Program-made: the position numbers and the translations under genes | Origin: Nageia nagi | Lineage: Eukaryota; Plantae; Pinophyta | Direction: 5' to 3' | Assembly: GCA_050084985.1 (NCBI GenBank) | Contig: JBITNC010000001.1 | Coordinates: forward strand, 149,730,001-149,794,000 | DNA: 64,000 nucleotides | Shown here: piece after piece, positions 51,705 to 64,000 of the stretch | Numbering within the stretch: position 1 is the first letter of the stretch | Layout: each line of letters begins with the position of its first letter | The notes under the pieces: generated by a model | What the model saw: the letters and a program-made list of their open reading frames with translations, nothing else | The model's database searches: none | Told to the model about the DNA's origin: nothing

Positions 51705-52299
51705 TTATTGAATAGTTCCCATCAATATATTGATCCCATATAAACATATATGTATAACCTTATTAGGAATAAAATCAAATCTAATACTATATTTCAAACA
51801 ATTTGTTATTCATAATTACATTCATTGCATAGAATGTATATCATCATTTTATATTTGTAGTTGAAAAAATAAGAGTGCAAATGGGAGTGGAAGGATACAC
51901 ATTCTAAAGCATATTGTTAATAATTATATATAGCTTTGGAATTAAATAAATATTTAAGAAAAATATTTTTATAATATCATGGAAACAAAGGGACAATGAT
52001 TTTAGTAAACTTGCATATCATGGAAACATAGTTGGAAGCATCCAAATCTTGAATTAAATATTTTCAAAGTACTCTCATAAGCATTTCTTAATGGTATTTG
52101 AACTTCTTTAATAATTCTAAAAGTAAAAATTTTGCTTACGTATTTTTGAGTTGGTCTAAGATTGAAAGATTTATTGATTATTACTATTCATGTACTAATC
52201 TCTTTTTTTCTTTAAATTGTAAAACATGTTAGTGACTTGGGTTATATCATTATGCTAATGCGTGGGAAGATTTACATGTTATTAGATTAATATATTTAG

Positions 52300-53636
52300 A
52301 TATCACTACCTCAACATCAGAGAGTTATTAGGAGTGATGTGTCATTTGATTCAGATGAGTTGCCTACATCAGCTACTAGGAGATTGAGAAGTGATGTGTC
52401 ATCTAATTCAAAGGAGTTTTCTACACTAGGTACTAGGAGGCCAAGGAGTGATGTGTCATCTGATTCAAAAGAGTTGCTTGCACTAATTATTAGGAGGCCA
52501 AGGAGTGAAATGTCATTTGATTCAAAGCTAGATATATTTCATGTAGGTATCATGAGGAGTGATGTTTAATCCGATGAGAATGAGGTAAGCTAAATATTAT
52601 TATGTATGATGTAGAAATGTGAGATCATTTAAATTCTTACTTTCATGATATTATTTGTAATACTTAACTTTATTTTATTGCTAATGTTGCAAGAACAAAA
52701 TGTGCAAAGGATCAATGAGTCATCCTCATCATCAAAATATGATGATTCCCATGAGGTAATTAATTAGGATTAAAATTTGAATTGATTTTTGTATTCTTAT
52801 ATATTGAATTATATCAAATAAAACTAAATAAAATCAATATGTAGATACAATAAATGAAGCTAAAATAATGTGTAGGTCCATTAGATGAAGTTAAAGATAT
52901 GTCTACAAGAAGAAAATTTCAAAATTTACTTCATCAATTAGTAATGGATGCATGTTCTAGTGCACATAAGGAGCTAATTGATCTACCAGAAGAGGATGTT
53001 CATGATTTGGTTTTGATGCACATGCCACAAAAGCTACAACTTAAATATCAACATAGATATGATCATGGGGCATATGGTGCATGGCCAACTGAAATACCTT
53101 TTCCAAAGGCTTATGAGATCTTTCCTTATTGTGGTCATTGATACATGATCAAACCATTTGAAAAGTGCTTTGGATATGGATTTTCTATACGTAGTATTGT
53201 GGTTGTTACTCCATGTTCTAAGATAGAGCCATTGATGCCATTTTGTGGGCCAATTTACATAACAATGAATTGAAAATAATTAGCATCACATATGTATAGG
53301 ATGTCCTCATATGGATTATGTACAAATGATTTCTATATTCCATATTTGAAGCATTCAAAACTCTTATACATTGATGGTCGACCAAAAATACAAGGAAACA
53401 TAGCTGGATACGTAAACATTTGTGTAGGCAAAGAATGGGCACCAAATTGTGAATTTAACCAATGTACTAATGATAAATAAGCCTTAATGGGTAGACAAAT
53501 CAGTAATTATATAGTTGTTGTTCCTATTAAAACTCTTAATGTTGGTGATGATCTACTAGTTCACTACAATTATAGGATACCTACTTTAAGATGTAATATA
53601 AGAAGTTTGGAGTTAGGAGGTGATCAAAATGTATAA
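52300..53636 (+). pseudogene. SET-domain protein (putative lysine methyltransferase) carried by the CACTA element
   Basis: One frame from 52899 to 53636 with four internal stops: IKPFEKCFGYGFS..LMPFCGP..YIDGRPKIQGNIAGYVNICVGKEWAPNCEF..YIVVVPIKTLNVGDDLLVHY, i.e. the SET motifs in order. Short upstream exons include a 57-bp (19-aa) repeat at 52332-52565. Confidence 0.75.
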
Positions 53637-53869
53637 TTCATCTAGGACCAAATTCGAAAAATAAAAATAAAAATTAATATATTATTAATGTGTATGAATG
53701 GATGTATCAATTTGTATGTATGGATCATGTGTACGCTTGTATATATCAATTTATTATATATATGGATGTATCAATTTGTATGGATGTATCAAATTATATG
53801 TATGGATCGATTATGTGTATCAATAGATGTATCAAATTACTTTGCACTTGTTACACTTATTTTTTATTA

Positions 53870-56232
53870 TTTTGAATTAATGGTTTGTAACAACAGGTTT
53901 ACCAGGCAATAAATTGTCATTATGAGCACTTAAGAATGATAATTATTACACCAACATTGCTTCGAAATAATGTAAGTAGGAGAGATAAGAAGATACTACA
54001 AAAAGTATGGACCCCTAAATAATGTGCAAAGTTTATGTCTAAACCTAATCCAATAGATCCTATTCAAATACCTATGTAGGATTCAAGCACTGATGATGAT
54101 GAATTAATAGAGGATAATATTGGTCATGATGATGATGATAATAATGTTGATGAAGAAAATTGAATTGATGGTTTACTTGAGTCTCTCTATGTTCATGTTG
54201 ATGATGATGAAAGAGATGATGATGAAATAAATGATGATTTACAAAAGGATAGCATGTATAGTGCTTCCAAAACTAAATTATATGAAGGAACAAATAGAAT
54301 TGTATTATCGATGATCCTACTTCTGATGAACATAAAAGCCAAACATGGATGGTCAAATATAAATTTCACTTCTCTTCTGACAAATTAATTTTATTTTATT
54401 TTCTGATATTTTAATTTTTAATTTCAATCAAATTAATTATATAAATTATTTTTCATTGGTATTATAGGTTACTAAAAGAAAAGTTGTTTTCAAGTGATAA
54501 TGTCATCACAGATTCATGCAAAAAAGCATGTGACATTATGAAGGATGTAAGGGTCAAGTATAATTCATACTGTGAATGTAATAATGATTTCATATTGTAT
54601 ATAAGAGAAGAATATGATACAAATACTAAATGTCCAAAGTGTAAAGAATCAAGATACAATAAAAAAGAGAAAAAAAACTCTAAATAAGGTTGTTCGCATA
54701 ATGCCAATCCTTCCTAGGTTAATATGGATATTTTAGTGTAAGTCACTTACAAAAATTAATGGACTAGCATGTAATAAATAGAAGAGAATAAGGTGTGTTG
54801 TGTATACCTACAAATGGTAAAGCAATGAAACATATAGAGGAGAAGTGGCCCGAGAAATTTAAAAATGAACCTATGAGTGTTAGATTAGGTTTAGCAATGG
54901 ATAATGTCAATATATTTTTGAACAAACATCCACTTATTCATGTTGGTCTATTGTTATAATCAATTATAATATACTTCCATGGATTTTTATAAGAAAAGAG
55001 CATTTGACATTGGTTGTTATAGTCCCTAGAAGGAAACAAGTTAAACACATGGATGTCTTACTTAAACTAGTAATTGGTGAGTTGTAGCTCTTGTGGAAAG
55101 AAATTCAAATATATAATTTATATAAACCTATCAATTAGAGGTCATTCAAATGTTATGGCATACTATATTGGACTATACATGATTATCCAAGGTTTTCTAT
55201 TTATGTAGGTATGCATATATATAGTAGTTCATACATGTGAATATTTAATTTTTTTTATTTGTGTAGGTATGCATTCTATAATAAAACTTATCATAGGCCT
55301 TCATACAAAAGGTTATCATGCTTGTCCATGATGTGTAGAAAATCTTTCATCAAGATTTTCTAGTCAAATGTGTAAGATGGAATATATTGGCCTATGGTCA
55401 AGTAGATAAAACCCCTATTCCTATTTATGAAACTCCTATGATTTGGTTCATAAAATACTAGGAATGTGTGAAAAATGTTAGGAAAAGATCCCAATATGAA
55501 TGTACTAATTTAGGATCAGATGATGAGATTATTCTTGGCAAAAATGATTTACTAGTAGGTGAAATATTATACAATACAATATATTTGTAATATATTTATT
55601 ATTTTGAAAATATGTAGGTTTGTAAAGTTTCAAATTCATAAGTTTGCCAATTAAATGATGAATTAGTTACATGTTTTTAGGCATGAATAGATTATTAGTA
55701 TTTTATACATTGAAATATTGGAAGGAGTTATTAGTGATACATTTAATGGATCATATGCATATTGTAAAGAATGTTGCATCTTTTTGTATCTGTATATAAC
55801 AAGCAAAGAAGAAGATACTGATGCCATGATAAATGACTTAAAATATATTCAAAAAATGAGATCTTTATGGATAACATAGTATCAACATTGAAGAAAAGAA
55901 ATACCTATGAATACATGGCTTATGAAAAAGATGAAGTGAAAAAGTTACACAAACTTATTCAAAACATCAAAATACCAACAAATTATGGATCATCTCTAAG
56001 AAGTGCATTCAATGCTTATGGTAAAATCACAGGATTCAAGACTCATGATTACCACAACTTCATGAAGGTATTGATCTCATATTATATTTTTCACATTTTT
56101 TATAGAAATAAAAATATTTTCTATATTTATGCAAATACTTTCTCAACATATTTTTTCAATTGCAATTCGTGGATGTGGGGATCTATCTATTGATCTTATA
56201 TATGCAATCGATCAACTATCATTATTTCTAAG
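53870..56232 (+). pseudogene. tnpD: CACTA TnpD/Tnp2 transposase (Transposase_21), with introns; resumes after 63868
   Basis: KAKHGWSN..FTSLL; CNNDFILY..CPKCKESRY; SVRLGLAMDNVN; YSCWSIVIINYN; WTIHDYP; KGYHACP*C; DHMHIVKNV; GFKTHDYHNFM. Confidence 0.9.
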
Positions 56233-56249
56233 GCATATCATGTTATAGT

Positions 56250-56668
56250 TGGATAAATTAACCCTTTTTGAATTAACTTCTACTCTACCAATATCTCAAG
56301 AAGACACTTTTAACATCAACATAATAGCACAATAACTCAATCCAATCTCACAAATAACACAAGATATAAAATGGTTCCTCCCTTATTGGGAGTACATCCA
56401 CTAACTAAGATCTTATTCTTAAGGACCTCTTTTACAAAATCTTTTCTCTCTCTCATACACTCTAAACTTATAGAAAATCTTGCATTAAAATTATGTAACT
56501 AGAAAAGGGGAGGGTTCTTCTCTTTTTATAAGAAGAAACCCACTCTATACTTAATATTTTTAATCTTCTTCCTATTTTTATTTCTTTAATAATTTAAGGT
56601 ATCTAATGATAATTTAAGTACTAAATGAATTTACATTAAATAGAAATATTACATTACAAATTCTAACA
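56250..56668 (-). repeat. 3' LTR
   Basis: TG...CA direct repeat of 63404-63862. Confidence 0.9.
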
Positions 56669-57689
56669 CTCCCCCTTAATGTAATATTGGGATAGATTGT
56701 AGAGAGAAGAAGAAAGATAGAGTAAGAGAGAGTTCTCCAAAAAGATACACATAGAGATGAGAACTTTTACATCATTGAGAAATAAGCAAGATATTAGTTT
56801 AAGACTCATTACCATACCATTTGATAAAATGGTTTACAATACAATCATTAACCATAGTTGATTTCATTGTAAGTGTAGTCGATCAATACTAAGTTGACAT
56901 ATGAGCCTTCATGATCCTACCCACATGAAGTAAGTAACCTACACTCTCAAGATGAAACCTGCAAACTACAAGTGGCTCATAAACAATATCAGTTATATGC
57001 ATCATATAACATTCATATCAATCATAAGATAAATAAACTAAGTAATTCATCCATAAACTGATCAATGATGCACTATAAGTCATCATAAAGATTTCAAGCC
57101 AATACTTATATTCATTTGTTGTATATAGAAATATGTGTTGATCAATAATAAAAAAAGTATATGCACATATATAAGTTACTCACATATGGATAACTAAATA
57201 GTGCTAATAAACATATATTGATTCCTCACATAGTGATAACAAAAAAAAATGTATTATGAATTCCTCACATAGAGTGAACTAACCACGATGGTGTATATTT
57301 AGATTAACACTATACAATAAAAAAGCCTCCTAGGGATGAAGTTTTTATCACATATATGAATTCAACACAGAAATTCAAACTTCACTCCCTCTTGAGAATA
57401 ACTTCACTTCCATAAGAAACTTTCAAAGTGTGCATAATAACGTTTCTAAAGCGATTAGTGAATTAATCAAAAGAGTCAAAGTTAGATGAACAAAGCTACA
57501 ATTATTCCATAAAAACCTTTATTATTGATATAATGTGCTTAAATTTATGGTACACTATAATTCATCACTAATATGCCAAGCCCATACTTATAGTTATCAA
57601 ACAGAGGAATGTATAAACAAAGTATACAAATAAAAAAAGTTCAAAAAAAATATTAAGGAAGAAATTACAATGGATTCAAAAAGAATTTA

Positions 57690-60600
57690 ATAATTACTCT
57701 CTTTTTGAGTGCAACTTCAAGAAATGAACTTCAAGAAGGAGCTAGGTAAACAAATCAAGAGAGTTTAGGATTGATGGATAATACTGCAAGTGTAAAAGAC
57801 CATCCAAAACCTTCTCTCTAATGAAGTGGGCTTGGATTTCTATATGTTTTATTCTCTGGTGAAAAATAAGATTCTTTTTCAAAGTAATAGCTGATTGATT
57901 ATCTGAAAAAATTTGAGATGGATGAACTTTCTCATAGTTAATTTCTTTCAAAATATACCTCAATAAAATGGCTTCTTGAGCTGCAACTAACATTACATGA
58001 TATTCAACTTTAGTGGTGGAGAGAGAAAAAGTAGGCTACTTCTTGTATGCTGAAGAGATAGCACCTAAATCAATGTTAAACACATAAGTAGAGGTTAATT
58101 TCCTATCATCTCTATCTTCCCCATAGTCAGAATCAGAGAATCCTAAGAGAAAAATGAGGGCAACTTGTTATACTTGAGAGCAAGATCCTTAGTGCTCACA
58201 ATATACATCAAAATTTGTTTAACAACATTGAAGTGCTCAACATATAATTTTTTTATAAAACGTGTCATCAAATTGATAACAAAGACAATATCTAGCTTGG
58301 AGATAGTCAAATAAAGAAGACTACTAATTAGTTGATTATAAGTTGTAGCATCTATCAACTAAGAGTTGGAACTAAGAAATAAAATGATTCTAGGAGAGAC
58401 TAAGATTGCAGCATGCTTGCACTCCTCCATTCCAAAATTTTGCAAGATATTTAAGATATGCTTGGATTGACTAAGGTAAGTACAATCCTTATATTGGTAC
58501 ACTTGCATACCAAGGTAGTAGTGCAATATATCAAGATCAATCATTTCAAAAGTTATCTTAAGTTTAGATATGCAATCTTATATGAGGACTATATTATTCC
58601 CTATAATCAATAGATCATCCACATAGAAAAGAATCAAGATCAAGTCTTGTCCTTGGTTGAGCACATAAATATCTGAGTCAAAGAAGCATTTAGAAAATCT
58701 AATGTCCTCAAAGTATCTTAAAATCTTTCTGTACCAAGCCCTAGGTGCTTGCTTAAGTCTATACAAAGACTTCTTTAACTTGCATATAAAAACTTATTTG
58801 CCTTTAACAACAAACCCTTCTCATTGGTTTATATAGATTTCTACATCTAATTCACCATTGAGAAAAGCATGCTTGACATCAAGTTGAAAAATTTTCCATC
58901 CCTGAGTTACTAAAAGAGCAAGGATTACCCTAACAATAGGCATCTTTACCACTAAAGAAAAGGTTTCCTCATAATCAACTCCATATTTTCAAGAGAAACC
59001 CTTATCTACTAACCTTGCTTTGTATTTCTTAATCTCTTCAATTGAATTATATTCTACCTTGTAAATCCATTTGTTACCAATCACATTTCATTCATTGGGA
59101 TAAAGAACCAAATTCCAAGTTTGATTCTTCATTAAAGCCTCATACTCCATATTCATTGCATTCATTTAACACTTATGCTTTGAAAATTCTTTGTAGTATG
59201 AGGGCTCATTCTTGTTATCAATTTTAACAAATAAGTATTTATTAATGGTCATACTCTTTTTTATCCTTTATGTTGGAGAGTTTTATTCCTTGGATGACAT
59301 ATCCACACTAACATCCAACTAGTTAGGAGCAACATAATAATCATCATCCTCATCAAGGTTCTTATAAGAAGTAGACTCTTCAGGTAGTTCATTGAACTTT
59401 ACATCCCTTGATATAAAGATTGCATCGGAATAAGGTTGATATAGCATGTAGCCTCTATGTTGATTATCATTACCCATAAAGATACACTTTTTGGATATTT
59501 TATCTATTTTCTTCCTTTTCTTAAGAAAAATAAAGGCATAAGCATTATAGCCAAAGATCCTAAAGTGAGAGATGTTAGGTTTCTTTTCTGACCATGCCTC
59601 ATATGGAGTTTTACATTCAACTATTTTTATAAGATACCTATTTAAGATATAGATTTCAATGTTTACAACTTCACCCCATAAGAAGCTAGAAAGATCTCCC
59701 AACATACATCTAGCCATTTCTTGAATGGTTCTATTCTTCCTTTTAGTTACACCATTTTGCTAAAGAGTGTAAGGGATAGTAAACTACCTCTTGATTCTAT
59801 ACTTGGTACAAAAATTATTGAATTCATTCTTATTATACTCACCCCCATTATTAGATCTTAACATCTTGATTTTGAATCCAAACTGATTTTCTACCAAGGC
59901 TTTGAAATCTTTGAACCTATCAAAGGTTTGATCCTTATGCTCTAAAAGATAACCAAATGTCATCCTACTAAATTCATCAATAAAGGTCAATACATAAGAT
60001 GTTTCTCTAAGTGACTTAATTAAAAAGAGACCCATCAAATCTGTATGCACAAGTTGAAGAGGTTGAGTTGCTCTAGTTGCCTTATCTTTTGAAAATTTTT
60101 ACCAATTCATTTTACCTAGAATGCACTTCTCACAAAGATCAATTGTAGGTGATATTGTAGGCAAACCTTTGACAAGTTCATGATATTTTTTGACTTGAAT
60201 GTTCTTATGGTTTAGGTGATCTAATTGATGATGCCAAAGATTTTGTCTAGAACAAACATGAGTTACAAGGTACATCTTTGTTGGAGATTGATCTACAATG
60301 TAAAGGTAATCTTTCACTGAACCTTTCATCAAAGTGGTAAGACTCTTTTTCATGCACCAAGAGTGTAAGTTAAACTCAAAGGAGTAATCCTTTCTTACAA
60401 TCTGAATTACAAAAAAGAGATTCATAGTGAGTTCAAGAATATAAAGCACATTAACAAGAATCTTCCTTTGTATCAACACATCCCAATACCTTTAAATTCA
60501 AGGATTAAACTATCATCTACCATAATTACATATTTTCTATACTTATGAAAGTTTTTAAACTTATCATTTTCAAAACATATGTGATTAGTGCATTCAAAAT

Positions 60601-61560
60601 CAATAATCCAATCACTTACTAAAGTGTGAGAGTTGGAGTAAAAGGTAACAACATAAGTAAAATTCTTATTCTTATTCTTATTATTAGATTTGTTTGGTTT
60701 TTCAAATACTTTTTCACCTTGCCTTTTCTTTTTTCTAAAGCAATCAACTTTCATATGACCATAGATGCTATAAAAATTACAATTTTTGTCAAATTTAGCT
60801 TTAGTTTTCTTTAATTTATCATGATCATAATTCTTATTGTTCATACCTTTCTTAAAATTCTTCTTAGGAGCATTAGAACCCTTCTTTTGGTTATTGTTCA
60901 TCTTTTTGAAGTGAAGCTTCATTGGACCAAGTGCCATAGATGGCTCCTTAGGTGTGGTGATCAACACTTTATTATTAAGTATTTTCTTATACTTAAAGAT
61001 AAGCCTTGATAGATTTTCCAAGGAGAACACTTTTTTTCATCATCAAGCCTAGTTTTAATAATAGTTACAAACTAACTAAACTTAGCAGAGAGGCTTTTGA
61101 AGGATAATAAAAGTTAAAAACTCATAATTGATCCAATTACAACCACACCCCACAAGTTATTTCCTAAGTTCAACAACCTTATTTAGATATATAGCCACAC
61201 TTTTATTTTTTTTTTCACATGATTAAAGCAACTTTTGAAAAATGGTGAACCTCCTAGAAAATTTTGTGCCAAGGTAGATACTCTTTAATTTATCCAAGCT
61301 TCCTTTGTAGTGTTTTAAGAAGATATCATAAGGAGGATCTCATTTAAAACTGTAACAAAGATCATAGAAGTTGCCAAATCATTCTTAGTATTATAAGCTT
61401 CAAGTTTCTTCTCCCTTGATGGAGCAAATTTGTTTTCATTGATAATCATCTAAAGTTTTTGTGCTTAAAGTTCTGTCTTCATCCTATGTTTCTAAATACC
61501 ATAGTTAGAACGATATAAGATATGGTTTAGTGCAAAAGAGTCTCCTATTGCTACAAAATA
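57690..61560 (-). pseudogene. copia gag-pol polyprotein (gag, PR, IN, RT, RNase H), disrupted
   Basis: WIIDFECTNH (PR), LWHHQLDH/HTDLMG/FIDEFSR (IN), YRLKQAPRAWY and FYVDDLLI (RT), SDNQSAI..KHIEIQAHFIREKV (RNase H), in copia order. Confidence 0.95.
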
Positions 61561-63403
61561 ATATGAAGGAGATAAATAATTTAAGCATACATGTTGAATT
61601 TAAAAATATTAATTATACAAATACATATTTAAACTAATCAACAAATCAAATGCTTAATTGTAAATAAGAATTAAAATCGTACATCCAACATCTTCATCAC
61701 CAAGTATAACTGAAAGAGAGAAAAATTAAGGTTTATTTTTTTGTTTAAAATTAAACCTTTACCCGGATGCCCACAAGGAGCCCAAGTCCTACCAATCCTC
61801 AACCAGTTTCCCTTGGGCAACAATATACTCTCACAAGGAGAAGTACTAGTTATTTTCTTAGGTTGTGACATATATTGGATTGACCAAATTAATTATCTTG
61901 ATCAAGTTTTCAATTTTTCTCTTAGGTTATCAAGATAATCTCTGAATGGATAGACGAACATGTGGTATCATTACACACATGCATGTCCATCTATATGGAG
62001 TTAAATCCAAACTTACAAAGGACTTAAGGGTAATTAAGAAGTACAAACTTTTTACCACTTGGAACGTCGAATTAAAAAGCTCCAATCCACCTTATCCTCA
62101 TCTCATGGCTCCCCAAACAAGTCATATTGTAGAAAAAATATGCAAATATGTTCATTTTAAGGGAAACTAATTTTTAATATTTGCATATTTTACATATAAA
62201 GTAAAATTGAAAAATAAATAAAATACTTTAAAAATAAAACTATATCCAACATCATCCATAAGTATGAACCAAAGAGTCCAATAGGTTTTGTCACAACCCC
62301 TAATGGATCTTTTTAGAAAATTTCATTAATTTTAAGTAATAAATGAGCCTAAGAGTCCAATAGATTTTGTTACAACCCTTATTAGAACTCTTTACAAAGG
62401 TCTATTATCAAAAATGATGAATTCTCCCCCTTGTTACTTAAAATTAGATTTAAAATAATTCCTTATTTGCAATTTATCATCAAAAAATAAGGTAAAAATA
62501 TTTAAGAAAATGTTATCCATTCACATGCATTAGGATAAAATATTAAATCATGCATTTAAAAGTTGTATCTAACCATATGTCTGCATCACACATACATTAA
62601 AATAAAATATTAATTCATACATACATAATTAATCCATGTATTATTAATATTAATCTATGCATAATTAATTAACATTAATCCATCCATGCATAATTAATTT
62701 TCCACTTGAAAGCATGCTATTTTTAAAAAATTCCTTAAAATAATTTGCACTTATGGTAAAATTAGCAAATAAAGACTCAAATTTTAGATAGCAATTAATG
62801 CAACATTTACCTCATACTATTTTTAATAAAATGAACTATATATATATAAAGTTTTTTAAAAAAATGCATGCATTATTTTTCTATTTTTAAAAAATGTATG
62901 CATGAATTATTTAAAAAATGCATACATGTAATTTATGCAATTATTAAAATGTATTATATTGTAAATTTTTTGCATATAACATTATATTAAAAAAATTTGT
63001 AAAATTTTTAACTATCTCTACACTAAATAGAAACTTGCAAATTTAAGCTATAATAACTTATTATTGCTAAATTTAAGCAAATCTAATTTTACTTAAAAAT
63101 TTTGCAACTAACAAACTATTGTTAGTGAAATTAATGCATAGTAATAGCTTAAAAATAGAACTAACATGTTAGTATGAAAAAAAATATGGCAGTAATATCT
63201 AATTTGAATAAATTTTGCTAAATAAAATTTTATAATAAAATAATCACAAATTGGTTAGTAATAAAGCAAAATTTGATAATGGACAAGGTAGAAGGGAAAT
63301 TATACCTTCAAACCCTTTTACCTCAACAAAATAGATGGAGAAAGAAGAGGAATGACCTTTAAAGATGTTGATGAGGAGCCTCCATCCATGTTCTGATACC
63401 ACT

Positions 63404-63862
63404 TGAAGAAATTAACCCTTTCTGAATTAACTTCTACTCTACCAAGATCTCAAGAAGGCACTTTCAATATCAATAGAATAGCATAATAACTCAAGCTAAT
63501 CTTACAAATAACATAAGATATAAAGTGGTTCCTCCTCCCTTGGGAGTACATCCATTAACTAAGATCTTCTTGTTCTCAAGGACCTCTCATACAAAATCTC
63601 TTCCCTCTCTCACACACTTTAAACTTGTAACAAAGCTTGCATTACAATTGTGTAACTAGGAAAGGGGAGGGTTCTTCTCTTTTTATAAGAAGAAACTCAC
63701 TTTATATTTAACCCTTTTTCTATTTTTAATATATTACCTATTTTTAATCCTATTTCTATGTTTATTCCTTTAATACTTTAAGGTATCTAATGATACTTTA
63801 AGTATTAAATGAATTTAAATTAAATAGAAATATTACATAATATTACATTACAAATTTTAACA
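63404..63862 (-). repeat. 5' LTR
   Basis: Adjacent to the PBS; TGAAG...TAACA. Confidence 0.9.
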
Positions 63863-64000
63863 ATAGTACGGCTCTATGAAAAATAATATAGCATGTGTTT
63901 ATTCTTATTTTCTAATATTTTATGCATTTTGGCATTTAATATTTTAACGATATTATATTTTCATGTAATAGATCAATAGCATAGAGAAATTGTTAAAATT

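Larger units (their letters stand above)
56250..63862 (-). mobile_element. Full-length decayed Ty1/copia LTR retrotransposon inserted in a TnpD intron
   Basis: Perfect TSD ATAGT (56245-49, 63863-67); LTRs at 56250-56668 and 63404-63862; PBS TGGTATCAGA at 63392-63401; PPT AAGGGGGAG at 56669-56677. Confidence 0.95.
45332..64000 (+). mobile_element. Large multi-gene CACTA/En-Spm transposon (right end outside the window)
   Basis: Left terminus CACTTCTAATATAC (12/14 to the CACTACTAGTATAC end at 20818), subterminal repeats at 45350-46070, a TnpA-like gene and a TnpD transposase. That the whole span is one element is inferred. Confidence 0.55.

Noticed and set aside
53688-53912. Short Met/Tyr-rich ORFs between SET and TnpD
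   Set aside because: They arise from a degenerate ATGGATGTATCAATTTGT repeat, with no protein signal.

Overview
Very AT-rich plant nuclear DNA with no intact host gene. The PPR and transposon protein remnants look gymnosperm-like, which is inference. The window is a nested graveyard of transposable elements on a non-coding backbone that is itself duplicated 3-4 times (about 1-5.9 kb, 19.6-20.4 + 29.7-30.0 kb, 31.9-36.5 kb, 40.5-44.8 kb). Elements delimited by terminal repeats and/or target-site duplications (TSDs): three Ty1/copia elements (377-3226 internally deleted; 5925-19590 gag-only; 56250-63862 full-length but decayed); an 8.8-kb hAT carrying a second, convergent PMD-like gene and two 26-bp arrays; a Pack-CACTA with captured PPR fragments; L1-like and RTEX-like LINEs; two poly(A)-tailed single-ORF retro-cassettes; a non-autonomous MULE with two tRNA-like heads; and a MITE with a 4-bp TSD. 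The main result is a large CACTA/En-Spm element from about 45332 to beyond the window end. It carries TnpA-like and TnpD genes, a TTAGGG array and a gene remnant with a recognisable SET (lysine methyltransferase) domain directly upstream of the transposase. Nearly all ORFs are broken by C>T/G>A stops. All calls come from reading the sequence by eye, so boundaries are approximate unless a TSD or TIR is quoted.
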